DNA of 64,000 nt from Eledone cirrhosa (Eukaryota). Shown in pieces: positions 1 through 12,407 of this stretch (position 1 is its first letter; every line of letters begins with the position of its first letter). The translations under genes and the position numbers were made by a program. Under the pieces are notes generated by a model. That model was not told the origin of the DNA. It saw only the letters and a list, made by a program, of their open reading frames with translations, and ran no database searches. The stretch is taken from the NCBI GenBank assembly GCA_964016885.1, contig OZ024742.1:119474001-119538000 (forward strand). The letters run 5' to 3'.

Positions 1-600
1 ACTGACAATGAGCACCAGCAGTTATGGGTTAGCCCTGCAATGGACTTATATCCTGTCATGTACTTTCAGTCTCTTAACATCCATGAAACCACAATAAACT
101 CTGAGCGTCATACAAGCCACCATGGAAAAATGGACATAAAAATGATAACTCAACTAATTCGATTATTTGGATATATATATATACATGGAATCTTATAGAC
201 TGCAGTCTTCAAACAATAGTATGATCATTCACATAAGCATATTGTTCCTATCATTTTGTGTGGGGCAAATGTTCATAATTTTCTGACAAAAAGGACTAAA
301 TTTTCCAACAATTTTGGGTGAGTGCAGTTGCACTACCCTCCATTAGCAATACGCCACTGATCATATATATAAATATATGAAATATTTTCAAAATTACTGC
401 AAATGTCACAAACTTCAGTAAAATATTTATAATTACTGTTACAACTCAATTATTATTATTATGTATGAGACTGTCTTAGGTTGTTGTTGTTCACCTGATT
501 GAGATCAGTGATGGTCGACAAACATGGGCCCTGTAACTTAATTGATTAAGCAGTGGTTATAAACCAGTCATTAAAAAAAAATGTGTTTAAGTCTATAACA

Positions 601-950
601 TCATCATCATCATCATTTTACGTCCGCTTTTCCCTGCTTGCAAGGGTTGGATGGGTCCTATTCAGCACGACATCTCTCCACTTGTCAAGGTCCTTCATCA
701 TCTCCTCGGTGAGTTTCAGCGATCTGAGATCTGCTCTCACCACCTCCACCCATGTTTTTTGTGGTCTTCCTCTACTGTGTCTTCCTTCTACTGGGATTTC
801 TTGGCACGTCTTTACCCAGCGGTTATCCTCCATGTGCATCACATATCCATACCATCTCGGCCTTCTCTCCTGCACACCACAACTTATCCCTCTTATACCC
901 AGTTTCTTTCTCAATTCGTCTATGCTTGGTCGTTCATGGACATTGACATA
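601..950 (-). mobile_element. RTE-clade LINE 3' fragment
   Basis: ORF 618-965 (ELRKKLGIRGI...RWYGYVMHME...GRHSRGRPQKTW) and a (GAT)n tail; near-identical to 4083-4430. Confidence 0.85.
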
Positions 951-998
951 TATATTTATTAACAAAAATAAAAATTTATAATATTTTCTTTATTTTAG

Positions 999-1202
999 AT
1001 TTTCTTCCAGAGTGAAATGCTTGACAAACTGTTGGCTGTTGGAGGTGCAATTGTTTTCTCACTGTTTATTGTCTTTGATACTCACATGATGATGCATAAG
1101 TTGTCAGCTGAAGAATACATTGTAGCTTCTATCAATCTCTATTTGGATATCATCAATCTATTTCTCTACATTTTACGTATACTCAATGATACTCGGAAGT
1201 AA
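999..1202 (+). CDS. TMBIM4: Terminal coding exon of TMBIM4 / protein lifeguard 4 (Bax inhibitor-1 family); upstream exons lie outside the window
   Basis: Polypyrimidine tract and AG acceptor at 997-998, then in-frame IFFQSEMLDKLLAVGGAIVFSLFIVFDTHMMMHKLSAEEYIVASINLYLDIINLFLYILRILNDTRK*, matching the TMBIM4 C-terminus (F..DTH..MHKLS.EEY..A.I.LYLDIINLFL). An alternative in-frame AG is at 1009-1010. AATAAA at ~1251 and ~1343. Confidence 0.9.
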   Translation: MFFQSEMLDKLLAVGGAIVFSLFIVFDTHMMMHKLSAEEYIVASINLYLDIINLFLYILRILNDTRK

Positions 1203-1740
1203 ATGTTGACTTCCATTCTCCACAACTACGATGGAAGAGTTAATCAATGAAATAAATTATCTAATAACCAGTGAAATAATAATTTAACCAAACAATATTT
1301 CCAAGGGGATTTTTCACTTCAAATAATCTGTATTATATAACAAATAAATGTAATTATTTCAAAATTTAATTGCTTGCAAGTTTTATTTATGATGTTTATT
1401 ACTGTTAATAGGCTGTTGTCTCAATTTCAATTGTGTTGGTGGCTTGATAAAATGAACCCTTGAACCTTGTCGATGACTCAATATCTTCTTTAGTACTGGT
1501 GCCTCTATAAAATGTACTCCACCCAGTACATTCTGTAAAATGGCTGGTGTTACGAAAATCATCCAGCTGTAGAAGCCATGCCAAGGATGAAATATGAGCA
1601 AGACGTGGCCCACTGAGCTATCTAGGAGGAGAGTAACTCTGAATATGAACCAACTTGGACTGTGATGACCTGTCTAATCCATAACAGATAGATATAAAAT
1701 GATAATGAGGTATTCTTTGTATTGTTAGGATGATATATAT

Positions 1741-2645
1741 ATAATAATAATGAAAATATTGTGTACAGTGCTCAGGTGCACTACAACTCATCAAAAGTGT
1801 ATGTATAGTACATAGGATAATGTACAAACGTCAGGAAAATGAACAGAGCATGAGTCATCATATACACACATGTGCATGTGTATGGAAGGGGGACATCAGG
1901 TGTAGTTTTGGCGAATTTCGGGAAGCATGAGGGTTTTAAAGGATGCAGTGTCTTGGCAGCTCACAACTCACGCAGGCAGTTTGTTCCATGCTTCAGCAAC
2001 TCTAAGTGTGAAAAAATGTTTCCGAAAGTCATGGAAGCTGTGCTGTTTTCTGACTTTGTAGGCATGTCCAGGTGTGTTAGACACATGGAGATCAAAAAGG
2101 TGCTCAGGGTTGTTGTTGGCGAGATGGTTAATAACTTTGTGGGTGTTTACCAAGTCCATTGCCAGATGTTGGAGCTTCAATGAATCCATGCCCAGGGAAG
2201 CAAGGCATTCAGAGTATGGTAGGTGTCTGGTGGAGGGTATGTGATTGGTTGCACGTCTCTGAACAGTTTCCAGGAGGTCAATGTTCTGAGAAAGATAGGT
2301 GTTCCAGACTGATGATGCAATTCCAAGTGTGGTCATACCATAGATGTATACAGCTTTAAATAGATGGCTGGAGAGCAGCTAACAAAGGTCTTGCTGAGTG
2401 ATGCCAAGACACCCTCGGCCTTCTTGACAATTTTAGAGATGTGCTTTGTCCAATGCAAATCGCTGCTGACAGTAATGCCCAGGTCACGTTCACAAGAGGA
2501 CTTCTTGATATCAGTGTTGTGGAGAGAGTATGTGGACGCTGGAATTTTCCTCCCAAAATGCATGGTGGTACACTTGTCCACAGCCAGCTTCAGCTGTCAG
2601 TCTGTGATCCATTGCTGCATTGTGTCCAGGTCTGATTGTAGGAAA
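1741..2645 (-). mobile_element. CR1-like LINE 3' fragment (RT thumb, C-terminus, 3'UTR)
   Basis: KCTTMHFG...ERDLGITVSSDLHW..HI, then SSVWNTYL..NIDLLETVQRRAT...RKHFFTLRVAEAWNKLP; (TAT)n tail; same family as 43240-43830. Confidence 0.85.
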
Positions 2646-2938
2646 GAGTTATGATGGAGTGGGAGAGACAACAGTTATCAGACTAGATGCCTTACAGTAT
2701 TCAATTATATTCTTTAGTGTTCTGCTTTCAAACCCTTTGTATTTTACATTTCAGGGGTCAATAAAATATGTATCAATCGAATATTGGTCTCAGCACCAGA
2801 TTAACTCCTTTTGAAACCCTAAACATATTAAAAGATTATAGTGCAACTATATATAAAATCTTCAAAAAAATTTTCTTTAGAATGACAAATACAGCCAATT
2901 TGAATAAAATAGTGCCCCTGTTCCCTTGATGCCCTATG

Positions 2939-3127
2939 CATGTGTTTCTTTTGCTTAATGTGTAATCCAAATCTGATTTGAGGTAATTAGATTGACTCAC
3001 CTTCCTTAAAATCATCATACCAAAGTTATACGCTAAGCACATGCTTCTCTTGCTTAATGGTTAATCCAACTCTGATTTGAGGCAATTAGATAGACACACC
3101 CTCCTTAAAATCATTATACCAAAGTTA
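2939..3127. repeat. Degenerate tandem duplication, ~100-bp unit x2
   Basis: ttgcttaatg..taatccaa.tctgatttgagg.aattaga...ccttaaaatcat.ataccaaagtta occurs twice in tandem. Confidence 0.75.
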
Positions 3128-3225
3128 GAAATATTTATTATTACTAGTATTTACATACTTTTGAAGGCTTAATTACTTTATGCTTCATTCTTTGCAATAA
3201 TGAGTTAATGCTTTTTTGTTATATA

Positions 3226-3423
3226 CGAGGGTCAGCTGATAAGTTCATAGGCTAACCAAGATACTTTCATGGAAAAATCAAATGAGGTTTATTTTTCAAT
3301 ATAATCCCTAGAAAGAAACAATGCAGTTATTAATAAGAAGAGTTGAAATTAATGCATGCAAGATTTCACAGGTCTACCATCACTCCTTCATAGTCAGCCT
3401 ATGAACTTTTCAGTTGACCCTCA
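3226..3423. mobile_element. Tc1/mariner-type MITE
   Basis: TIRs cgagggtcagctgataagttcataggct / agcctatgaacttttcagttgaccctca, flanked by TA; related copies at ~14998-15183 and 34866-35062. Confidence 0.75.
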
Positions 3424-4082
3424 TATATGGTGAAAGAGTACAACCTAATAGTTAGGGTGTTGGACATGATCGTAATGTCAGGGTACAATTCCTGGACTTG
3501 GTGGTATGCTCTGTTCTTAAATAAAATGCTTCAATTCACATTGCAGAAAATGATTACCAGCAGCAACTGAGGTTTAACCCTGTGGGGCAGCATTGTAGTT
3601 TTAGTCACTTAATTCCAATGAAACTGGGATACACTCCAGCTTGATAAACCTCCAGGTTTGGAACAATTCTATATATACTTGTGTGTGTGTATTTTTACAG
3701 GAATGGAAATTAAAGGATTTTTCTGTCATGCCAGAATAATAGAGATTATGAATCAGTGGTGCAATTTTTCATATTAGTAAATTACTTCTGATTACCCTTA
3801 TGCAGGGTAAATAATAGTATGGCTAAAAAACTATGCACATACATATTATAATTGAGTAATTAGCATCAAAAAGCTATTGAATCTAGGTACTTGCACTTAG
3901 TTTTTGTATTTAGCACAAGAAAATGGTTTAATTCTCTCAGCTTTTTCTGTTCAAACTGGGTGTGACCGGCCACTAATACTGATGTTCAAGTATTGTTCTC
4001 AAAATAAATAATATCAAAATCTCATAGGTTCGATATTATGTGAGATAATTATGTGAGGTAAAGCCTTTACTGTGAAAATCCT

Positions 4083-6240
4083 CATCATCATCATCATTTT
4101 ACGTCCGCTTTTCCTTACTTGCAAGGGTGGGATGGGTCCTATTCAGCACAACATCTCTCCACTTGTCAAGGTCCTTCGTCATCTCGGTGAGTTTCAGCAA
4201 TCTGAGATCTGCTCTCACCACCTCCGCCCATGTTTTTTGTGGTCTTCCTCTACTGCGTCTTCCTTCTACTGGGATTTATTGGCACTTCTTTACCCAGCGG
4301 TTATCCTCCATGTGCATCACATATCCATACCATCTCAGCCTTCTCTCCTGCACACCACAACTTATCCCTCTTATACCCAGTTTCTTTCTCAACTCGTCGT
4401 GCTTGGTCGTTCACGCACATTGACATTGCACATTTAACGGAGCATGCTTGCTTCATTTCTTCCAGCTATCGCATATCCTCTGCAGTTGCTGCCCATGTTT
4501 CACTACCATGCAGCATCGCACATCTCACACAGGCATCATATAACCATCTTTTCGTACGCAGGGAGAAACCCTTCTTTGTCAACAAAGGAAGCAGCTCCCT
4601 AAACTTTTTCCAACCCGTCCTTATTGTAGATACATTGGCCTCGAACACCCCCTCCCCCTCCTATGCTAATCTGATCACCTAGGTACTGGAAGCTATCAAC
4701 CACTTCTATAGAACCCACCTGCATTGGAAAAATGTGTCTATCACTGCGATTACTACTGCCAACTTTTCCTGTACATCTACTGCATACGTACTTTTCCCTA
4801 CCTGTTAGTTTGCCTGCTATCCCACTACATCTCTTGTGTACCCAAGATCTGCATTGCGTACATTTTATGGAATTTATGCCAGTTCCTTTTCTACATATCG
4901 AACATGGCCATTTCCCCGATGGTATCAGAGTATTGTCCTCTCTTTTACTTATTAACACTTTTGTCTTAGCTATGTTCACTCTCAGTCCTCTTGCTTCCAA
5001 CTGCTGTTTCCATAGCCAGAATTTATTCTCTAGCTCCTCTACTGATTCTGCTATAAGAACCAGATCATCAGCATAGAGAAGTTCCCATGGGCATCCAGTC
5101 TTAAACTCCTCTGTTATCACTTGGAGGACTATAATGAACAAGAGCAGGCTGAGGACCGAACTCTGATGTGCACCTACTTTTTTCTGGAATTCCTCACTAA
5201 ACTCCATACCTACTCTCACTTTACTGACAGCACCTCTGTACATAGCTTGCACTGTCCTCACAAGCCGTTCCTCTACACCTAGTTTCCTTAGGGACCACCA
5301 GATGATAGATCGGGGTACCCTATCAAAGGCCTTCTCTAGGTCAACAAAAGCTAAGTATAGTGGCTTATTCTTCTCTAAGAACCTCTCTTGTAGTTGTATC
5401 ACTAAGAAGAGGGCATCTGTTGTACTTTTCCGAGGCACAAAACCAAACCGCATCTCATCTAATTTGACCCTTTCTCTAATCAGTTGCGCTAATATTTTCT
5501 CTGCCACTTTCATAACCTGATCCATCAGCTTTATGCCCCTATAATTTCTCCTCTCCAGAGCATCCCCTTTAGCTTTGTAGCAATTTATGAGAATACTGCT
5601 GCACCATTCTTTGGGTATGACGCCACCATATATAGCTTGATTGATGATGCGCACAACCAGTTTAGTGCCTACTTCTCCTGATGCCTTCAGCATCTCAGCA
5701 ACTATCCCCAACGGTCCAGCAGCCTTACCATTATTCATTTCCTTAATTGCCTCTTGGACCCTATATTCGTCAATCTCAATAGCTGGTCCCTCTGTTGGGT
5801 CTACTGTTGGGTCTCTCTCTCCCATTCGTTCTCCACATTCATCAGTCTCTCATAATGACATTTCCAGGCCTCCTTTTTTTTATCATTCGTGACACTAAGT
5901 ACACTGGCATCATTCTGGACACACTTATCTCCAACAACATCCTGATTTGCACTGGCACACTGCCTTGCAATGCAGAACACCACATATCTCTGATCTTCCC
6001 ATCGCAGAACATTGGCAAACCTCCTACTCTCAGCTCCCTGCGTGCTAGCTTCTCTCTTAGCGGCTGTGTATCCTTCTCTACTCCCACCATTTTTCCAAGC
6101 CTTCCATGCCAGTCTTTTGTCTCTAATGGCCCTATCTACCGTGCTGTTCCACCTCCAGGTCACTCTCTGTCTGGTTGAAGCTCTGCCCCAGCCACAAGTT
6201 TCTTCAGTAGCCTGCAGTAAGTTGTCACGCAAGAAAATGT
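4083..6240 (-). mobile_element. RTE-clade LINE, 5'-truncated and frameshifted, with a PHD-type finger inserted in the RT C-terminal part
   Basis: ORF 4599-5825: GKAAGPLG, NYRGIKL, FVDLEKAFDRV, LSLLLF, LLYADDLVL, C4HC3 insert, FQYLGD; (GAT)n tail at 4083-4095. Confidence 0.9.
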
Positions 6241-6559
6241 AATAGTACATATAGAGTAATGTAAATGCTAAATGGTTAATTATCATCATTCTTTTAATGC
6301 CCATTTTTCCATGCTGACACGTGTTGGACTAGTTTGTAACACATCTACAATCAAGCAAACAAGGAATCCTCTGTATGGTTACTCAGTTTGCTGGAAACAG
6401 CAGCCAAATCTCCTTCAAATTATTGATAGTTATAGTAATAGTAGGATGACATCAATAACAACAACAGCTATGTCACCTCACTACTACTATAGCTATTAGT
6501 ATAACATAGGATTAACTAATCAAAGCTTTGCATTCTTATCAGTGGTTTTCATATAGACA

Positions 6560-7085
6560 TAAAACTGACAGAAAGTCAAGTCTATAGAAGGGGAGAAGTT
6601 TAGAGAGCTACTCCCACTATTGACAACAAAAGGTTCCTCCTTACATACAAAAGGATGCTGCATGGTAGTGGAACATGGATAGTGACTGCAGTGGACATAT
6701 GTAAGTTGGAGAGAAATGAAGCAACCATGCTTCATTGGATGTGCAATGTAAATGTGAGAGAAAGGTATAGCTTGGATGAACTGCAGGAGAAACTGTATTT
6801 AAGAGGAATTCGAAGTGATGTGTAAGAGAGAAGACTGCATTGGTTTATATATGTGATGTGCATGGATGATGATTGTTGGGTGAAGAAGTTCCAGGAAATC
6901 CCAGTGGAGGGAAGCTACAGTAGAGGTAGACCAAGGAAGACATGGGCAGAGGTGGTGAGAACTGATCTCAAATGGTTGAGACTCACGAAGGAAAATGGCA
7001 TGTGAAGAGATGCTGTGCTGAAAAGGACCAGTCCAACTCATGTAAGTGTGGAAAGATGGTGTAAAAACCTTGATGATGATGATGT
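6560..7085 (+). mobile_element. Degraded RTE LINE 3' fragment
   Basis: Similar to the 3' end of the 4083-6240 family; (GAT)n tail at ~7072-7083. Confidence 0.7.
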
Positions 7086-7491
7086 CAATCACTGACTCCT
7101 GGAAGAACACAGTTCATATAACATCACAAGCACTTGTATCTATTTTCAAATTTTTAGTGGTAAATTGGCAGATAGATTAAAGTATCAGAGAAAAGTACTT
7201 CACAGTATTTATTCCAGCTCCTTGTTTTCTGAATTGAAATCCTGTCACTTATCATCCCAGTGTTGATAGAGCACCAGTTTAGGGTGGTTGACTGGTAGAG
7301 TCATTTGAATATCAGCAAGACAGAATAAGTCTGTTCCACCTCAGTCTCAAATTTCCTACCCATCTCCTCCAGTTGTGGAAAAACACAAGAGATTGGTAAG
7401 AAAATATTAATTAGTTCCCCATGGCAACACAAGTTTTTAAAATATCTTTGTATAATTCATTTCTCATATGTGTGTGTATATATATATATAT

Positions 7492-8160
7492 CATCATCAT
7501 CATCATCATTTAACGTCCATCTTCCACGCTAGCATGGGTTTGGACAGGAATTTTCCCACTTGAGGCAAGATTGGTTGTCTTCCTCGTATGGCACTGTCTG
7601 GCGGGTTTTCTACGGCTGGATGCCCTTCCTAACACCAACCACGTTTACAGTGTGAACTGGGAGGTTTTTACCATGTTACCTACACGGCCACATTACAGCG
7701 TGGACTGTGTGTTTTTTTGTCGTGACACCTATACGACCTCATTTATTTAGGACTGGATGTTGTGGTACCAACATAACTTTACATTGGAAGGGGTGGTGTG
7801 GATGGGGTGGGGGTAGTGGGGCCGGGGTGTATTTTGTTAAAGGTGCCTACTGACTGTAGGTTTCGCAAGGCGGGTTTTCTGTATTACTGTGTAGCGCCAA
7901 AGATCTCGGGCCAGTGACATTGTCTTGGAGAGGTGTAAGTGTGTGAGGTCGGAATATATCAAGTCGTCCCAGGTTTTTCTGGGTCTGCCTACTCCGTGGC
8001 TACCGTCTATTTTTATCGCCCTGCACTTTTTTATACAGCTGTCGTCTTTCATGCGCATCATGTGACCGTACCAACGTGGTCTTCTCTCGAGTAAACAGCA
8101 TCTGATCCCTCTTATTCCTAATTTCTCCCTTAGTTCGTTTATGCTTTGCTGTTCACGTGT
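7492..8160 (-). mobile_element. RTE LINE 3' end with 3'UTR
   Basis: ELREKLGIRGIRCC..ERR.RWYGHMMRM...GVGRPRKTWD; 3'UTR matches 37090-37385; (GAT)n tail. Confidence 0.8.
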
Positions 8161-8189
8161 ATTACTATATATATATATATGTATATATA

Positions 8190-8381
8190 TATAACAAAGG
8201 AAGTGTGTTAAGGAACCAGATGGACCATAATCCACCAGAGTACTCAATACTTAGCGTAATAGAGTGGGTAATAGGAAAATGTTTAACCCCGACGTCAGAG
8301 CTCAAGCCGTTTTGACAGCTATTTCAGTCCAGAAATAGCTGTCGAAATGGCTTGACCTCTGCTGTCGGGGTTGAACATTTT

Positions 8382-8385
<4 letters not shown>
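8190..8385. mobile_element. Short fold-back (hairpin) PLE-type element in (TA)n, carrying the 3' half of a hammerhead (family F3)
   Basis: Arms ~8271-8325 / 8332-8385 (taggaaaatg...gacagctatttc-agtcca-gaaatagctgtc...cattttccta) plus an ~80-nt single-copy tail; copies at 53797-53988, 54857-55007 and 25922-25990. Confidence 0.7.
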
Positions 8386-8424
<39 letters not shown>

Positions 8425-8554
8425 ATACTTTGGGAGGGTCATGTTGCCGATAAGAAACACACGCACCAGTTGCTTTCACTTCAATTTATTATAATAAATT
8501 TATAAATTTATAAATTTCTGGTTGGTTCCACAACAAGATAGTTGTTTATATATT

Positions 8555-8597
8555 GTCATAACTCTTTCGTCACACACTCTGTGACCTCTTCAGTGAC
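8555..8597 (-). ncRNA. Minimal type-I hammerhead ribozyme in the PLE inverted arm
   Basis: GUCA CUGAAGA G GUCACA-gagug-UGUGAC GAAA GAGU UA UGAC; stem I GUCA/UGAC, 6-bp stem II. Confidence 0.7.
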
Positions 8598-9764
8598 TGG
8601 GGATTCTTTTCTTTGTTTTTGTGCCTCTCCTTTGTTCTGTCCTACGCCATTTTGTTTCTGTGTGTGTGTTGTGTGCTCAGTCTGCGCATGCACCACATCC
8701 GGGTGTCTGTGTGTGTTTATGTTCATTTATTTATTTGTTTATTTACATGTTACTGGTTGGTTGTTTGTTCTATGTGTGTGTGTGTTTTCATTTTGTCCTT
8801 AATTGTAAGTTGTGATGTTGCTATTCCACTCATATTTTCTATTTAATTTTGGTTGTAATTCTTTTATGTTTATTGCCTCTGTGATTTGTCTAAACATTGC
8901 GTCTTTTCTGTGTGTAGATTCTATTTTTATTTCTATGTTCTCTAATTTACCCTTGTGTTCTATTTTAGCATGTTGGTAGAGTACAGATGATTCTTTACTA
9001 TCTTGAAGGTCTCGCCAGTGTTCATTTATCCGTTCCCCTACACTACGAGCTGTCTCACCTATGTACACTATATTTTTGTCTTTACATTGTCCTTCAGTAC
9101 ATCTTATGCTATACACTACATCTCTAGTTTTACAGTTAATATGGGGGCTTATTTTACAGGTTATACATTTCTTATCTATACATGAGGGTCTTTGAAAAGG
9201 GTATGTCTTGCTAATAAGTGTTTTTACGGAGATACCTGGTCTTTCTACTATCTTAATATTGAGTTTATGTTTATCTAGGGCCCTTCTAAATTTGTAAGCT
9301 AATTCACCTCTAGGGGTTATATCGATGAACATTACACTCTGGTATTTATTGCTATCATACCATGAGTTTATTCTATTAGCCTTGTTCCTAGTTCTTTCTA
9401 TTCTATTCCAAAATTTGCTCCTATACAAGGGGCAGGTCCCATTTATGTCATTATTTACCATTTTTTCCCATTTGGTTCTGGCTCCTCTATACACTCTGAT
9501 TTTATCTCTCTGATTGTAGCCAGAGAACTGCATACGGTGGATGAAGTGTTGTATGTGTCTCTCTAGTTCTTCGGGGTTGCACATGCGGGACACGTTTCTC
9601 ATCACCCGTACCAAATCCGCAATCAGTATGTTGATTTTGGTATGGTCCGAAACGGCCGAGTTTCGGTGGATCAGATGTTTGGAAGTCATGGGTTTGGCAT
9701 AATGGGAATGGAGGATTTGTTTTTTGTTATTAATGGTATCTAACCAGAGCTCTGTGTCTAGTAC

Positions 9765-11657
9765 GTTGTATGGGCTTCGAAAAGACCATAACACGGGCAG
9801 TGACCCTGTCACGGGACCACCAACACGGCCAGTCTGTGGAGCTAACATTGCTAGTAACTACAGACTGTCCTACTTCCTCTCCCTGATCATACGCCCCGTC
9901 ATTGAAATGTCCCCAGATGTATGTGACAGCACGGAGGACCTCCTCAGCAGAATCGGCGAGGGTAACCGATCTAGGGACCTAACAAACTGCATAATAGGTA
10001 GTATGGATGTTGTGTCCCTGTATCCATCTATTGACGTGGATTTTGCTGTGGAGAAATGCGTAGAAATGATCAGTGAGAGCAATGTTGAGTTCTGTGGGAT
10101 TGATACCAGTGAGCTGGGACTCCTACTTAAACTTACCTATAGTAATAATTACCTAGACACATATGACCTTAGCAACCTATGCCCTACAAGACCAGCAAGA
10201 GGCAGACCACCTACAATTACCTCAATGGCCAAGAAAACCCACACATATAGATGGAACGGGTGGACCAGAGCCATACGGACACCCGAAAACCACGATGAAC
10301 TGAAGAAAATGATTGCACATGCGGTAGGGGCCAGCATAAAACTAACCCTTAAGGAACATATGTTCAAATTTAATGGAGAAACATATGCCCAAGAGGAAGG
10401 AGAGCCAATGGTGTTAACATTGCAGGCGACATAGCTAACTTATTCATGGTATGGTGGGACAGTAGACTTAAACTTAAACTTAAAGAACAATTAGAAGACC
10501 CCTTAACCCTGATAATGTACTCCCGCTACGTTGATGATATAAACATCGTAGTTAAGACACCCCCACTAGAGAACAGTCAGGAACTAGAGAAAAACACAAT
10601 GGAAAGCATCCAGCAAATAGCTAACTCCATCCACCAGAGTATTAGAGTTACTATAGACTACCCAAGTAAACACCCCAACCATCGATTACCTGTACTAGAC
10701 ACAGAGCTTTGGTTAGATACCATTAATAACAAAAAACAAATCCTCCATTCCCATTATGCCAAACCCATGACTTCCAAACATCTGATCCACCGAAACTCGG
10801 CCGTTTCGGACCATACCAAAATCAACATACTGATTGCGGATTTGGTACGGGTGATGAGAAACGTGTCCCGCATGTGCAACCCCGAAGAACTAGAGAGACA
10901 CATACAACACTTCATCCACCGTATGCAGTTCTCTGGCTACAATCAGAGAGATAAAATCAGAGTGTATAGAGGAGCCAGAACCAAATGGGAAAAAATGGTA
11001 AATAATGACATAAATGGGACCTGCCCCTTGTATAGGAGCAAATTTTGGAATAGAATAGAAAGAACTAGGAACAAGGCTAATAGAATAAACTCATGGTATG
11101 ATAGCAATAAATACCAGAGTGTAATGTTCATCGATATAACCCCTAGAGGTGAATTAGCTTACAAATTTAGAAGGGCCCTAGATAAACATAAACTCAATAT
11201 TAAGATAGTAGAAAGACCAGGTATCTCCGTAAAAACACTTATTAGCAAGACATACCCTTTTCAAAGACCCTCATGTATAGATAAGAAATGTATAACCTGT
11301 AAAATAAGCCCCCATATTAACTGTAAAACTAGAGATGTAGTGTATAGCATAAGATGTACTGAAGGACAATGTAAAGACAAAAATATAGTGTACATAGGTG
11401 AGACAGCTCGTAGTGTAGGGGAACGGATAAATGAACACTGGCGAGACCTTCAAGATAGTAAAGAATCATCTGTACTCTACCAACATGCTAAAATAGAACA
11501 CAAGGGTAAATTAGAGAACATAGAAATAAAAATAGAATCTACACACAGAAAAGACGCAATGTTTAGACAAATCACAGAGGCAATAAACATAAAAGAATTA
11601 CAACCAAAATTAAATAGAAAATATGAGTGGAATAGCAACATCACAACTTACAATTAA
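9765..11657 (+). pseudogene. PLE reverse transcriptase + GIY-YIG endonuclease, N-terminally truncated, single frameshift at ~10400
   Basis: LYGLRKDH...GPPTRPVCGA, GSMDVVSLYPSI, (G)ANGVNIAGDIANLFMVWWD across the frameshift, YSRYVDD, Cys-rich linker, VVYSIRC..C..VYIGETARS..ER..EH. Confidence 0.9.
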
Positions 11658-11858
11658 GGACAAAATGAAAACACACACACACATAGAACAAACAACCAAC
11701 CAGTAACATGTAAATAAACAAATAAATAAATGAACATAAACACACACAGACACCCGGATGTGGCGCATGCGCAGACTGAGCACACAACACACACACAGAA
11801 ACAAAATGGCGTAGGACAGAACAAAGGAGAGGCACAAAAACAAAGAAAAGAATCCCCA

Positions 11859-11901
11859 GTCACTGAAGAGGTCACAGAGTGTGTGACAAAAGAGCTATGA
11901 C
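11859..11901 (+). ncRNA. Hammerhead motif in the PLE 3' repeat; core GAAA mutated to AAAA
   Basis: GUCA CUGAAGA G GUCACA-gagug-UGUGAC AAAA GAGC UA UGAC. Confidence 0.6.
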
Positions 11902-12407
11902 AATATATAAACAACTATCTGGTTGTGGAACCAACCAACCAACCAGAAATTTATAAATTTATAAATTTATTATAATAAATTGAAGTGAAAGCAACTGGTG
12001 CGTGTGTTTCTTATTGGCAACATGACCCTCCCAAAGTATAACAATATCGGTTTCAACACACGATTTCAGATAAAGAATCTTGCTAAACAAATATATATAT
12101 ATATATATATATACATATATAGGTCCCACAGTATAAATGTGGTTGGTGTTAGGAAGGGCATCCAGCTGTAAAAACCCCAGCCAAATTTACAGTCCCATCA
12201 GAGCAAGGTATGTCATGGCCAATCTTGGCCAGACTTGTCTCTCAACGCAGACAACCCATCTGACCCATGTAAGCATGGGAACATGGTTGCTAAATAGTGA
12301 TGATGATGATAATGGGATGGCCCTGACTTAATCCATCTAACAATTTCTCTTTGTAGCCCTAAAATATTGACTTACTCCATCTAATTAAATTTCATGTATG
12401 TAGCCCC

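Larger units (their letters stand above)
8417..12090 (+). mobile_element. Penelope-like element (probably Naiad clade), 5'-truncated, with inverted upstream arm
   Basis: Inverted arms 8417-9764 / 10692-12047 are almost identical; 43-nt 3' tail 12048-12090; (TA)n on both flanks; RT and GIY-YIG coding region. Confidence 0.93.

Noticed and set aside
8799-9848. 349-aa minus-strand ORF as a separate gene
   Set aside because: It is the inverted duplicate of the PLE C-terminus fused to antisense sequence at the junction.
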